Part shown: positions 1 to 9,579 of the stretch, piece by piece | Numbering within the stretch: position 1 is the stretch's first letter | Layout of the letters: the number at the start of each line of letters is the position of its first letter | Assembly (NCBI GenBank): GCA_903901225.1 | Contig: CAIUQE010000011.1 | Location: forward strand, 1,453 to 65,452 | DNA length: 64,000 nucleotides | DNA from: Candidatus Omnitrophota bacterium | Lineage (GTDB): Bacteria > Omnitrophota > Gorgyraeia > Zapsychrales > Fredricksoniimonadaceae | Direction: 5' to 3' | The notes under the pieces: model-generated | What the model was told of the DNA's origin: nothing | Seen by the model: the letters and a program-made list of their open reading frames with translations, nothing else | Database searches by the model: none | Program-made: the position numbers and the translations under genes

Positions 1-1
1 T

Positions 2-2605
2 TCCGGTGAACCGTTCCAGGAAACCGTGAACATCCCGGCCATCAGAGGGTCCTTCTCGCTCACGGGGACATTCCATGTCGCCGGCAAGCTCCTGTTCCCG
101 GCAACGCAAGGGGCCATCGATATCGACAGCCGGATCTCGCTGCTCCCCCAGGCCTTTAAAGGCATCATAAAAATAAAAAATATCATTCCGGGCCGCTACC
201 TGCGTTTTTCTCCCGTGGCGCTTCCGGTCAATATCCGCTCCCTGGCCATTGCCAGCGCCGACATCACCGCCTCCCTGCAGGGCAAGGACATCAGCCTCAG
301 CGGCGATCTTAATTTGCCAGGCGTGGACATCAGCCTTCCCGACGGCTCCGCGCTGCAGGGCGACATCAGCCTTTCCAAAATTTCCGCCGCGATCAAGGAG
401 AACGATATCACGCTGGCAGGGACCCTGACGGGCAACAAGCTGAAACTGCAGCCCTCTTCCGGCCCGCAGTTGACGTTAAGCTCCCTGCGCGTCGAGGGCG
501 CGCGGCTTACCCAAAAGAACGGGGAACTGAAGGCCTCGGGTGATATCAATGCCAAAGAATTTGCCGTAACGCTTGCGACGGGCGAAGAACTGAAAGGCAC
601 CCTCAGCGTCTCTTCCGCTTTGGTGTCGCAAAAAGATAAGACCATCCGCGCCAGCGCTGAGGTGAAGATCTCCCCGCTGGCCTTCAGCATGAACAAGGAC
701 CAGTCCGTCACGGCGGACATCTCCATCACCCACGCGGCCGCGAACATCGAAGGGGCCGCCATCCAGGCCAAGGCGGACATTGACGTGAACAACGTCGCGT
801 TGTCCATGCCCGACATCACGATAAAAACAAGCATCGCCGCGCCGGATACGCGCGTCAATTTTGACACCGGCCGCCTCAACGCGGGCGTGCAGGCGACATT
901 CAAGGGCTTTTCGTTCAGATCCAAAGATATTTCCGTGTCGGGCAACCCGCACCTGGCCGCGCACGTGGTCTTCAATCCCCAGGCCACGGACCCGCTCGCC
1001 TACACCGGGACGCTGCGCCTGCCCGACTTTACGCTCACCGGCCTCCCGACCGCCGGTGATATCAAAGACCTTCACGGCGAAGTCACGTTCGAGACCGGGC
1101 GCGCCCAGATCAGAGGGCTCGACTTCACCGTCCTCGACACGCCCGTCCATGTCAGCGGACGCGTCACGCGCTTCGAGGCGCCGGTCATCGATATCGCCGC
1201 CGCGTGCGCCAGCGTCAATCTTGCGCTCATCGAAAAGTTCATCCCCGACATCGTCAGGGAACAGGGCCTCGCGATCAAGGGAACCGCCGCCATCGACGTC
1301 GCGCTCAAAGGGCCGGTGGACTCCTTCAGCACGCCGCAGGATGCCGGGATCACCGCCACGGCACACCTGACGGATGTCAGCCTGGAAAGCAAAAAGCTGG
1401 ACCAGCGCGTCACGGCGCTGAACGGCCTCATCGAATACGCCGCGTCGACATTATCCTGGAAAGAAGTCACCGCCGATTACAACGGGAAACAATGGGCCTC
1501 GCACGGCTATGTCCAGAACCCCGCGGAACCTTTCATTGCCGCGTCGATCAGGACCAGCGGCATGAACGCGGACATCCAGGCGAAGAAAAAGGGGGACACG
1601 CTCAACATCGAAACGCTGACGGGGTCTTACGCCGACTCCAGCTTCAGCGTCAAAGGCTCTGCCTTTATCCCCGCCGGCCAGAAACCACGCGTGAACCTCA
1701 ACGCCAATTGCAGGCTGGCCTTAAAGGACCTGCCCACGCTGCTCCCGCCGGAGCAGGCCAAACAGATCGACGCGCTCAAGCTCGCGGGGACCCTGAAGAT
1801 CACGGGGACCGTCAAGGGCGACCCCGTCCAATGGCAGGACCTTGATTCCAGCGTTTCCATCGAAGCTTCAACCGTGAAGATCATGGGCTATCAGATCAAC
1901 GACCTGGCCATTAACGCGAAACAAAAGGATGGCAAGATCGATCCGCTGACCGCCAACGCCACGATCTACGGCGGCAACCTGACGTCGACCACCACGATCA
2001 CGCTCCAGGACAAAGGCATGCCCTTTAATTCCACCGTAAAACTGGAGAACACGGACCTTGCTTTGCTGAAACAGGACACACCCCTGAAACAGCAGCAATT
2101 GTCGGGGAAATTGTCCTCGAGCGCCGAGCTTAAGGGTGAACTGCTCGATATCCTCGACCTCAAGGGCACGGCGACCGTCAAACTCGCCAACGGCTACCTG
2201 TGGGACCTCGCGATCCTTTCGAAAGTCCTCACGATCCTTTCGTCCTCGTTCTCAGGCGGGGACATCATCATCACCGACGCGGACGCGACGCTCAATATCC
2301 ATGACCGTAAAGTGTGGACCACCGACCTGGCCCTGCGCAGTTCCTCCGTAACGCTGCTGGGCAGCGGCTGGATAGGCTTTGACCAGACCATTGACATGAC
2401 CGTCACCCCGCGCCTGGAAGCCGGCACCAGCGGCAGCGGGACCGCCAATGCCCTGGCGCTCATCAACCCGACGGAAGGGCTCGTGAACATCCGCATCTCC
2501 AACACACTCACCGCGCCGAAGATCGACCACGACATCTCCGCCCCGCAGGTCATCAAGAAAACACTCCAGAACACGGTCGGGTCTATTTTAAAATTATTCG
2601 AGTGA
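2..2605 (+). CDS. AsmA-like/DUF748-type bridge-like envelope protein (5'-truncated by window)
   Basis: The frame is open from the window edge. Repetitive amphipathic beta-strands are followed by an AsmA-type C-terminus (LYGG-like 'IYGGNL', 'LKGTATVKLANG', 'LLGSGWIGFDQTIDM'). Confidence 0.7.
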   Translation, partial: SGEPFQETVNIPAIRGSFSLTGTFHVAGKLLFPATQGAIDIDSRISLLPQAFKGIIKIKNIIPGRYLRFSPVALPVNIRSLAIASADITASLQGKDISLSGDLNLPGVDISLPDGSALQGDISLSKISAAIKENDITLAGTLTGNKLKLQPSSGPQLTLSSLRVEGARLTQKNGELKASGDINAKEFAVTLATGEELKGTLSVSSALVSQKDKTIRASAEVKISPLAFSMNKDQSVTADISITHAAANIEGAAIQAKADIDVNNVALSMPDITIKTSIAAPDTRVNFDTGRLNAGVQATFKGFSFRSKDISVSGNPHLAAHVVFNPQATDPLAYTGTLRLPDFTLTGLPTAGDIKDLHGEVTFETGRAQIRGLDFTVLDTPVHVSGRVTRFEAPVIDIAAACASVNLALIEKFIPDIVREQGLAIKGTAAIDVALKGPVDSFSTPQDAGITATAHLTDVSLESKKLDQRVTALNGLIEYAASTLSWKEVTADYNGKQWASHGYVQNPAEPFIAASIRTSGMNADIQAKKKGDTLNIETLTGSYADSSFSVKGSAFIPAGQKPRVNLNANCRLALKDLPTLLPPEQAKQIDALKLAGTLKITGTVKGDPVQWQDLDSSVSIEASTVKIMGYQINDLAINAKQKDGKIDPLTANATIYGGNLTSTTTITLQDKGMPFNSTVKLENTDLALLKQDTPLKQQQLSGKLSSSAELKGELLDILDLKGTATVKLANGYLWDLAILSKVLTILSSSFSGGDIIITDADATLNIHDRKVWTTDLALRSSSVTLLGSGWIGFDQTIDMTVTPRLEAGTSGSGTANALALINPTEGLVNIRISNTLTAPKIDHDISAPQVIKKTLQNTVGSILKLFE

Positions 2606-2614
2606 TCAGGTCTT

Positions 2615-3226
2615 TCAGGGCTTCTGCGTGCGCACGAGGTAATTCTCGAGCAGCTTGAGGAAAGCGCGCAAGGCCATGGCGCGATGGCTCATGGTCTGCT
2701 TGACGGCAAGGTCAAGCTCGCCGAAGGTGCGCTGATGGGCGGGGATGAGAAAAAGAGGGTCGTAGCCAAAACCGTTGCTGCCGCGCAATTCCGTGGTGAT
2801 GATCCCCTCACAACTGCCCTCGACAACATCCACAAGTGAATCCTTGTCCGCCAGGGCGATGGCCGAACGGTAACGGGCCGTGCGCTTGTCATGCGGCACG
2901 CCGGCAAGTTCTTTCAGGAGCAAAGCATTGTTGGAGGCGTCGGTCGCGTCCTCGCCGGAATAGCGCGCGGAATAAACGCCGGGCCTGCCGCCCAACGCGT
3001 CCACTTCGAGCCCCGAATCCTCGCCCATGACCGCCAGTCCCGTGTGCCGGGCGATCACAACCGCCTTCTTCGCCGCGTTAGCACGGAACGTTGTGCCATC
3101 TTCGATGATGTCAGGCATATTCGCGTGATCCAGGAGCGATGTGACTTTAATGCCACACGATGACAAAAGGTCAGCGATCTCCCTGACCTTGCCTTTATTC
3201 CTGGTAGCGATCAAAAGTTCTTTCAT
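2615..3226 (-). CDS. rdgB: dITP/XTP pyrophosphatase (HAM1/RdgB)
   Basis: Motifs ATRNKGK, EDSGLEVDALGGRPGVYSARY, GFGYDPLF and SHR. ATG at 3226 follows AGGTG. Confidence 0.95.
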   Translation of the reverse strand: MKELLIATRNKGKVREIADLLSSCGIKVTSLLDHANMPDIIEDGTTFRANAAKKAVVIARHTGLAVMGEDSGLEVDALGGRPGVYSARYSGEDATDASNNALLLKELAGVPHDKRTARYRSAIALADKDSLVDVVEGSCEGIITTELRGSNGFGYDPLFLIPAHQRTFGELDLAVKQTMSHRAMALRAFLKLLENYLVRTQKP

Positions 3227-3243
3227 ATATTTCACCTACGCAA

Positions 3244-3344
3244 AGCGGCTGGAGGATATGCGCAGCCGCGAATTTGTGAAGGGCTTTCCTTCCCTATTAG
3301 AAAAAGCCCGAACTCTGAGCGGCGAAGCATATCCGCAAGCCGCT
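3244..3344. repeat. ~100 bp nested imperfect inverted repeat (REP/MITE-like or structured RNA)
   Basis: AGCGGCTGGAGGATATGC (3244-3261) pairs at 16/18 positions with GCATATCCGCAAGCCGCT (3327-3344). Inner stems are GCCGC/GCGGC and GGGCTTT/AAAGCCC. Confidence 0.6.
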
Positions 3345-3380
3345 CCTTGAGCCGGCAATACTTGAGTGTCACAAAAACGA

Positions 3381-4091
3381 TCACCTCAATATCTTATTCT
3401 GCATCAAAAACAGTTCCTTGATCCCCTTCTGCGCCAGGAGGAACATGGCATCCATGTCTTTCTTCGAGAACGCCTGCTGCTCGGCGGTGCCCTGGACCTC
3501 AACGAATTTCCCGGACCCGACCATCACGATGTTCATGTCAACATCCGCGCCGGAATCCTCAACGTAATTCAGGTCCAGCAAGGGCTGTCCGTCCTTCATC
3601 CCAACGCTGATGGCCGCGACCTGCTCCGTCACGGGCCAGGCGCTGATCAAGCCCGCCTTCTTTATTTTCTTGAGCGCCATCACCAGCGCGATATACCCAC
3701 CCGAGATCGAGGCCGTGCGCGTACCGCCGTCGCCCTGGATCACGTCGCAATCGATCTTGACCGTGCGCTCGCCGAGCTTCTTCATGTCGACGATGGCGCG
3801 CAGGGAGCGGCCCACCAGGCGCTGGATCTCCTGGGTGCGCCCCGACCCGCCGCCTTTCTCGCGATTGATGCGCTGGGTGCAGGAGCGCGGCAGCATGCCG
3901 TACTCGGCGGTGACCCAACCCTGCCCCTTCCCTTTCAGGAAAGGCGGCACGCCTTCTTCCACCGACGCGGAGCACACGACCTTCGTATCCCCGAAAGCGA
4001 TCAGACATGAACCTTCGGCGTGCTTGAGATAATTCTTGCTGACCGTGACCTTGCGCAACTCATTGGGCTTGCGCCCGTCGTGACGTTTCAT
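3381..4091 (-). CDS. rph: Ribonuclease PH
   Basis: Motifs [39 protein letters not shown] and [11 protein letters not shown]. Confidence 0.97.
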   Translation of the reverse strand: MKRHDGRKPNELRKVTVSKNYLKHAEGSCLIAFGDTKVVCSASVEEGVPPFLKGKGQGWVTAEYGMLPRSCTQRINREKGGGSGRTQEIQRLVGRSLRAIVDMKKLGERTVKIDCDVIQGDGGTRTASISGGYIALVMALKKIKKAGLISAWPVTEQVAAISVGMKDGQPLLDLNYVEDSGADVDMNIVMVGSGKFVEVQGTAEQQAFSKKDMDAMFLLAQKGIKELFLMQNKILR

Positions 4092-4489
4092 TTGTTTTTC
4101 CCCCGGTATTCGGCCTCGACCGCCGTGTAGATCCCGCCGCGCGGGTTCATCTCAACCACCACCTTCATCCAGCGTGGCCGGCAGGACTTGACCATGTCGT
4201 CGAGGATCTTGTTGACCAGGTGCTCATGGAAAATGCCGACCTCGCGGTAAAAGAGCGTGTACATCTTCAGGGACTTGAGCTCCAGGCAGTCTTTCGCCGG
4301 GCGGTAGTCGACCTTGATCAGCGCGAAATCGGGCAACCCGGTCTTGGGGCAGATGCAGGTGAATTCCGGGATCTCCAGGTGGATCGTGTAATCACGGTCC
4401 GCGTACTGGTTGGCCCACGTTTCGATCGCCGGGGTTTTTAATCCGCGGATCTTGTGCTGGAGGCCCTCATAGGAACTGGCAGGTGTCAT
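4088..4489 (-). CDS. queF: preQ1 synthase (7-cyano-7-deazaguanine reductase, unimodular)
   Basis: Motifs [29 protein letters not shown] and PRGG. Confidence 0.95.
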   Translation of the reverse strand: MTPASSYEGLQHKIRGLKTPAIETWANQYADRDYTIHLEIPEFTCICPKTGLPDFALIKVDYRPAKDCLELKSLKMYTLFYREVGIFHEHLVNKILDDMVKSCRPRWMKVVVEMNPRGGIYTAVEAEYRGKNK

Positions 4490-4500
4490 TGTTTTTTCCT

Positions 4501-5193
4501 TTATTGGATCTTCATGAATTTATGCAGCTGCGGCAGGACCCGGACATCCTTAAGATACTTGAGGCAATGGTCCTGGAATTCAATGCACTTGTCCACCACC
4601 CCGCTGTCGATCTCAAAGTGGTTCGGCTGCAGGAACAGCGGCATCGTGGGATCACCTTTGGAGATCATTTCCACCGTCCTGACAATATCGCCCATGGTCG
4701 TCGTTTTGGAAATAACAACCTTAATATAGAGATCCTTCCCCCAGGCCACGCGCATGAATTTGACGTGCTCATCCCAGAACGGGGACAGTTCCGTCGAGCT
4801 GGGAAGCTTCACATCCATGGAAACGATATCGATATCATCAATGACCTTCTTGAGTTCCTCCGGCAACGTGCCGTTGGTCTCAAGGAACACCAGGGCCTTG
4901 TGCGCGCGGACGATGGGCAGGAATTCTTTCAGGAAATCGGCCTGCATCAGCGGCTCCCCGCCGGTGAGCGCTATCGAATGCGTGCCCGGCTGGATATCCT
5001 CGATCGCGTGCCAGAGGTCTTCAGGCGTATACTCCAGCACCCCTGACGCGTTGCAGTCCCTGGCCTCGGGCGCGTCACACCACGCGCACGCGAGGTTGCA
5101 TCCGGCAAAACGGATGAAAACCTGCGGAACGCCGGCATATTTGCCCTCGCCCTGAACCGACCTGAAAATAGCGACGACCCTGGCTTTTTTCAT
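4501..5193 (-). CDS. queE: 7-carboxy-7-deazaguanine synthase (radical SAM)
   Basis: Motifs IFRSVQGEG, CNLACAWCD, LTGGEPL, ETNG and PQLHK. Confidence 0.93.
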   Translation of the reverse strand: MKKARVVAIFRSVQGEGKYAGVPQVFIRFAGCNLACAWCDAPEARDCNASGVLEYTPEDLWHAIEDIQPGTHSIALTGGEPLMQADFLKEFLPIVRAHKALVFLETNGTLPEELKKVIDDIDIVSMDVKLPSSTELSPFWDEHVKFMRVAWGKDLYIKVVISKTTTMGDIVRTVEMISKGDPTMPLFLQPNHFEIDSGVVDKCIEFQDHCLKYLKDVRVLPQLHKFMKIQ

Positions 5194-5870
5194 GCCCGCG
5201 TTTTTCCGGATCTTTTAACGACAGGATCTTCAACACCGGCGTCCGCGAAACCTTTGGCCCTCAGCCGGCAACTGTCACAGGTGCCGCACGGACGCCGTTC
5301 TCCGTTGTAACACGACCAGGTGGCCGCGAAAGGCACGCCCAGCCGCTGACCCAGGCGGACAATATCGGCCTTGGTCAGGTCAACCAAAGGCGTCATGATC
5401 CTGACGCGGCGCCGGCCCGCGCCCGCCTTGAGGCCCAGGTCCAATGCCTTCTGGAACGCTTTGAAAAAATTGGGCCGGCAATCCGGATACCCGGAATAAT
5501 CAATGGCATTGGCGCCGATAAAAATAACGGTCGCGCCGACGGCCTCGGCAAAGGACGCCGCGAAACTCAAAAAGATGATATTGCGCGCCGGGACATATGT
5601 CGGGGGGATCGTGCCCGCCCGCACGCCGGCGGAGGGTACTTTGATGGCATGGTCCAGAAGGGCGGAACCCTTCCAGGGCAGCCCGATGTTAACGACCTCA
5701 AAAGGGACGTTCGCCGCGCGCGCCACAGCCCGTGCCGCCGCGACTTCCCGGCGATGACGCTGGCCGTAATCGAACACAAGGGCCCGGACATCATGCCCCG
5801 CGGCTTTCGCGTGGTAAAGCGTGGTGGCGGAATCAAGCCCGCCGGACAAAAGGACGATGGCCCTAGCCAT
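5190..5870 (-). CDS. queC: 7-cyano-7-deazaguanine synthase
   Basis: Motifs LLSGGLDS, YVPARN, YPDCR and TWSCY...CGTCDSCRLR. Start placed at the ATG at 5870. Confidence 0.96.
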   Translation of the reverse strand: MARAIVLLSGGLDSATTLYHAKAAGHDVRALVFDYGQRHRREVAAARAVARAANVPFEVVNIGLPWKGSALLDHAIKVPSAGVRAGTIPPTYVPARNIIFLSFAASFAEAVGATVIFIGANAIDYSGYPDCRPNFFKAFQKALDLGLKAGAGRRRVRIMTPLVDLTKADIVRLGQRLGVPFAATWSCYNGERRPCGTCDSCRLRAKGFADAGVEDPVVKRSGKTRA

Positions 5871-6225
5871 AATAGACCACATCCGCGTTATCGGATTCCC
5901 ACACCTGCACCTTGACCATTTTCAAAGGCTTCACGTGCCCCGCGTATTGCTCATAAATGAACCGGGCGATATTTTCCGTCGTTGTATTATATTTTTTAAA
6001 ATATTCCAGGTCGTTGATGCACGTATGGTCCAGCTTTTCCAGCAAGGCCCGCAGATGCGCCTTCAACTCCACGAAGTCAGCCATGACGCCGATCTTGTTG
6101 AGCTTGCTCCCCTTGACCGTGACCGCGACCTTCCAGGTATGCCCGTGCAGGTTGCGGCACTTGCCCTTGTAATCGCGCAAAAAATGGGCAGACGAGAATT
6201 CGCCCCTGACCGTAAGTTCAAACAT
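5863..6225 (-). CDS. queD: 6-carboxytetrahydropterin synthase
   Basis: Motifs FSSAHFL, CRNLHGHTW, LDH, TTENIA and VWES. AGGAGG lies upstream of the ATG at 6225. Confidence 0.95.
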   Translation of the reverse strand: MFELTVRGEFSSAHFLRDYKGKCRNLHGHTWKVAVTVKGSKLNKIGVMADFVELKAHLRALLEKLDHTCINDLEYFKKYNTTTENIARFIYEQYAGHVKPLKMVKVQVWESDNADVVYYG

Positions 6226-7051
6226 GATCAACCCTCCTGACATGGGGCAGATCCTGCCCCAGAAAACGCTTGGCGACACCCCGGAAATGTTCCGGCTCGT
6301 CAGAAACAAGGAACGCGTGATGCGGCGGACGGCGGCTCAGGCGCCCCAGCCCTTTCGCCTCGAGCAGCTTCTTCACCTCGCGCGCCGTCTCGGCGGCGGA
6401 ATCGATGAGCGCGACCCCCCGCCCCATCACCTTCTGCAGGACCGGCTTCAGCAAAGGATAATGGGTGCAACCCAGGATGAGCGTATCAATGTGCTGGGCC
6501 TTGAGCGGCGCCAGGTATTCTTCCGCCACATTCTCGGTGACGCGCGTGTCGAGCCAGCCCTCCTCGACGAGCGGCACGAACAGCGGGCAGGCTTTTGAAA
6601 AAACTTTCGCGGACGGTAAAAGCTTCTGGATCGTCTGCGCGTATTTGCCGCTGTTGACCGTCGAGGGGGTGGCGATGACGCCGATGCGCCCTTTGGCGGA
6701 AACTTCAATGGCCCGGCGCGACCCCGGTTCAATGACGCCGATGATGGGAAGGTCGAATTCCTTGCGCAGGATGGCCAGCGCCCAGCTGGTGGAAGTATTG
6801 CACGCGACCACGATCATTTTCACGCGCTCCTTGAGCAGCACCCGGACATTGTCCCTGGAAAAACGGATGACCGCTTCCCTGGATTTGGTGCCGTAAGGGA
6901 CGCGCGCGGTATCGCCGAAATAAACGATCTGCTCGTTGGGCAAGGCCCGCGTGAGCTCCTGGACGACCGTCAGGCCGCCGATACCCGAATCAAAAACACC
7001 GATGGCGCGCGCGTCGCCCGCCGCTGACCGTACCTCAGAACCCCTGCGCAT
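6218..7051 (-). CDS. murI: Glutamate racemase
   Basis: Motifs GVFDSGIGG, VPYGTKS, VACNTS and LGCTHYP. Confidence 0.97.
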   Translation of the reverse strand: MRRGSEVRSAAGDARAIGVFDSGIGGLTVVQELTRALPNEQIVYFGDTARVPYGTKSREAVIRFSRDNVRVLLKERVKMIVVACNTSTSWALAILRKEFDLPIIGVIEPGSRRAIEVSAKGRIGVIATPSTVNSGKYAQTIQKLLPSAKVFSKACPLFVPLVEEGWLDTRVTENVAEEYLAPLKAQHIDTLILGCTHYPLLKPVLQKVMGRGVALIDSAAETAREVKKLLEAKGLGRLSRRPPHHAFLVSDEPEHFRGVAKRFLGQDLPHVRRVDHV

Positions 7052-8054
7052 GCATGCACCTCGTCAAACCTTTCGTGACCGCGTCCGCTATCTTTTGCCG
7101 GTAAGCCCCATCCTTCAGCTGCGCCGCTTCATGCGGATTGGTGATAAACCCCACTTCGATCAGGATCGCGGGGACCAGCGTGTTGCGCAGGACAAAATAC
7201 CGCGCCATTTTGCTGGCGTGTTCCCCCTGGCGCAATTCCTGCGCCAGCCCGCGCGCCACGGCCTCGGCCAGATACGGGGTGGTCTTCAATTTCTGCGTGT
7301 AGGCCATGCCAATGACGATCTCTTTCAATTCCGCCAGGTCCTGGCGCATCTTGAGCTGGCCGCACAATTTTTTCCCGTTCTGCACGCGCTGGGGCTCGAC
7401 TTTGTCCTCGGTGTTCAACGGGCCGCTGGCGTACACGTCAAACCCCTGCACCCGGCGGCTCTTGGTGGCATTCGAATGAACGCTGACAAAAAGGTCCACG
7501 CCCGGCTGGCTGGCCGCGATGGTCCTGTCGGGCAGCGTGATGAACTCGTCCTTGTCGCGCGTCATCACCACGTCGATGCCCGCGTCCCTCAAATTCCTGG
7601 CAATGCGCACGGCAATGTCCAGATTGATATCCTTTTCCTTCAGCCCGCCGAACCCGATGGCGCCGGGATCTTTGCCGCCATGCCCGGCATCCACGACGAT
7701 CTTGCCCAGCCCGTGGAACGCCCGGCCGCCCGCGAACGGGACGGCTTCAGTCGGGAATACCAGCCTTTCAAAATCCGGCGGGACAATGACAACACCCTGG
7801 CGCCGTTTCAGCGGAGCGCTGACGGCAAGTTTGGTGCTGCCCACCATGACAATATTGCTTCCGACGAGCGCCTGGATCCTGCGGCCGTTGTGTTCCATCG
7901 TGATGGTCTGCGTCACGCCGTCCCACGCGCAGGCCATGGCATACTTGCCGCACAAAGATTCCAGGGTCGTTTCCTGGCCCGCGCCCGGCCCCCGCGGCAC
8001 GGTCGCGCAGCCTGAAACTAAAAGTAAAAGCCCGATCCACAAGAATCTCAACAT
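7035..8054 (-). CDS. N-acetylmuramoyl-L-alanine amidase (Amidase_3) lipoprotein
   Basis: Lipobox VSGC. Zinc-amidase motifs VVDAGHGGKDPGA, EKDINL, VSVHSN and LIEVGF. Confidence 0.92.
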   Translation of the reverse strand: MLRFLWIGLLLLVSGCATVPRGPGAGQETTLESLCGKYAMACAWDGVTQTITMEHNGRRIQALVGSNIVMVGSTKLAVSAPLKRRQGVVIVPPDFERLVFPTEAVPFAGGRAFHGLGKIVVDAGHGGKDPGAIGFGGLKEKDINLDIAVRIARNLRDAGIDVVMTRDKDEFITLPDRTIAASQPGVDLFVSVHSNATKSRRVQGFDVYASGPLNTEDKVEPQRVQNGKKLCGQLKMRQDLAELKEIVIGMAYTQKLKTTPYLAEAVARGLAQELRQGEHASKMARYFVLRNTLVPAILIEVGFITNPHEAAQLKDGAYRQKIADAVTKGLTRCMHAQGF

Positions 8055-8060
8055 AAGGCC

Positions 8061-9527
8061 TTATTCCTCCCCCGTAAGGGCGGCGTCGCCCGTCGGGCTG
8101 TCGTCCGCGAGAGCCTGGGACAACGAAACACTTTTAGGCGTAAAGAAAACGATGGTCTCCTCCTTGCGCACGCTGCCCTCAAGGCGGAACGCGACACCAA
8201 GGATCGGAAGGTCTCCCAAAAGCGGGATCTTGTGGGTCTTCGATACCCTGGCGGCAATGATCATCCCCCCGACAACAGCGGTGTACCCTTCCCGCGCGCT
8301 GAGGACGCTCGCGCGCTCGGCCTTCCCGGGCGCCACGGACGTCACCACATCGCCCGTCACGTCGAACCCGGACTTGACCGTGAAGGTCATCACGGTCCCC
8401 GAAGATCGCGGGGCCGCCGCGGCACTTTTATCATCCGCCGGAATAACAGACATCTCGATCGCCGGATCATCCAGCCGCACATTCACAAGCGCCGCCTCAT
8501 CTCCCTGCAGACGGATGGATGACAAAGGATATTCCTGGACGATCCCGACCGTGTCCAGGGCTTCAATGAGTGTCGGAAAATCATCGTTGGCAACCATGCC
8601 GTAACTCAACGCCTGCCCGTTGGCGCCGCCCGCGAGCAGGGGCGAACGGCCCTGGAGCCGCATGCGCTGGTGATCCTCCAGGATGCCCCCCCAGTCAACC
8701 CCATTGGGATGCTCATCGTTGAGGGTCACGTGGACCAGCTTGGCCTCGAGCATGATCACGCGGCCGCGCGCGTCCATCGCCTCGAGGGCCTTGCGGACCT
8801 TCGCGACCCGGGTGAACGTATCGATCACCCGCAGGGCATTGGCCTGCGCGTCCGCCTCGACGCGGCCCAGGCCCGGCGACAGGAGCCGCTGCACTTCCCC
8901 GACAAGCTCCTCGGCGCGCAAATTCTTCAGCGGCAGCGTCACGGCGGTGGTCTGCACATCGATCCCGGCCAGGAACCTGGCCATGTCCCTCACCTTTTCA
9001 TCGCTGTCCACCACAAGGACGGTCTTCGCCGTCTCATCAATAACGATCTTGCCCTGGGAGCTTTTCATCTGTTCAAGGAATTTTTGCGCGTCAGCGGGAG
9101 GCAGGAAATTCAACCGGATCAATCTCGATGTCTTGCTCTGGCCGAAGGGATAACCGTACTTGTTCAGGAACTCGTCGGCCGTCATCACGCGGATGATGCC
9201 GGATTCTTCCGTGTACGCCAGATTGTTCGACTCAAGGACGATCCGCAACGCCTCCCGGGCATCGACGCGCTTGAGGAAAACCGTCACCTTGCCCTTGACG
9301 CGCTCCCCCGTGATGATGTTCAGGCCGCTCTTCTGGGCGATGATCTCGATCGCCTGGGCGACGTCCATATCTTTAAGGGCGAGTTCATTGATGAGAGGGC
9401 TGCCCACGGTCACGGTCATGGCACCCGGAACCTGCGGCACATACGCTTCCTGCCCCGCCCATGATGAACAGGCCAGGGCAAAAAATCCCACAAATAGAAT
9501 AATAGGGCGGATATTAAAAAGAGTCAT
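8061..9527 (-). CDS. Secretin (PilQ/GspD superfamily), divergent
   Basis: Signal peptide, N0 domain (IAQKSGLNII...VKGKVTV) and secretin_N repeats. C-terminal signature KIPLLGDLPILGVAFR...IVFFTP. Confidence 0.85.
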   Translation of the reverse strand: MTLFNIRPIILFVGFFALACSSWAGQEAYVPQVPGAMTVTVGSPLINELALKDMDVAQAIEIIAQKSGLNIITGERVKGKVTVFLKRVDAREALRIVLESNNLAYTEESGIIRVMTADEFLNKYGYPFGQSKTSRLIRLNFLPPADAQKFLEQMKSSQGKIVIDETAKTVLVVDSDEKVRDMARFLAGIDVQTTAVTLPLKNLRAEELVGEVQRLLSPGLGRVEADAQANALRVIDTFTRVAKVRKALEAMDARGRVIMLEAKLVHVTLNDEHPNGVDWGGILEDHQRMRLQGRSPLLAGGANGQALSYGMVANDDFPTLIEALDTVGIVQEYPLSSIRLQGDEAALVNVRLDDPAIEMSVIPADDKSAAAAPRSSGTVMTFTVKSGFDVTGDVVTSVAPGKAERASVLSAREGYTAVVGGMIIAARVSKTHKIPLLGDLPILGVAFRLEGSVRKEETIVFFTPKSVSLSQALADDSPTGDAALTGEE

Positions 9528-9538
9528 AAAGTTCGTAT

Positions 9539-9567
9539 ATTGTTATTGAAATCGAAACGACTGTCAA
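9539..9567 (-). promoter_or_regulatory. Putative sigma70 promoter for the secretin-amidase-murI-que-rph operon
   Basis: TTGACA-N17-AACAAT on the minus strand, 11 nt before the ATG. Confidence 0.5.
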
Positions 9568-9579
9568 CTCTTTTACCGA

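Noticed and set aside
4088-6225. que genes as part of a Dpd 7-deazaguanine DNA-modification defence island
   Set aside because: No dpdA/tgt-like or other dpd genes are present, queF is present, and the context is housekeeping. This is ordinary queuosine precursor synthesis.
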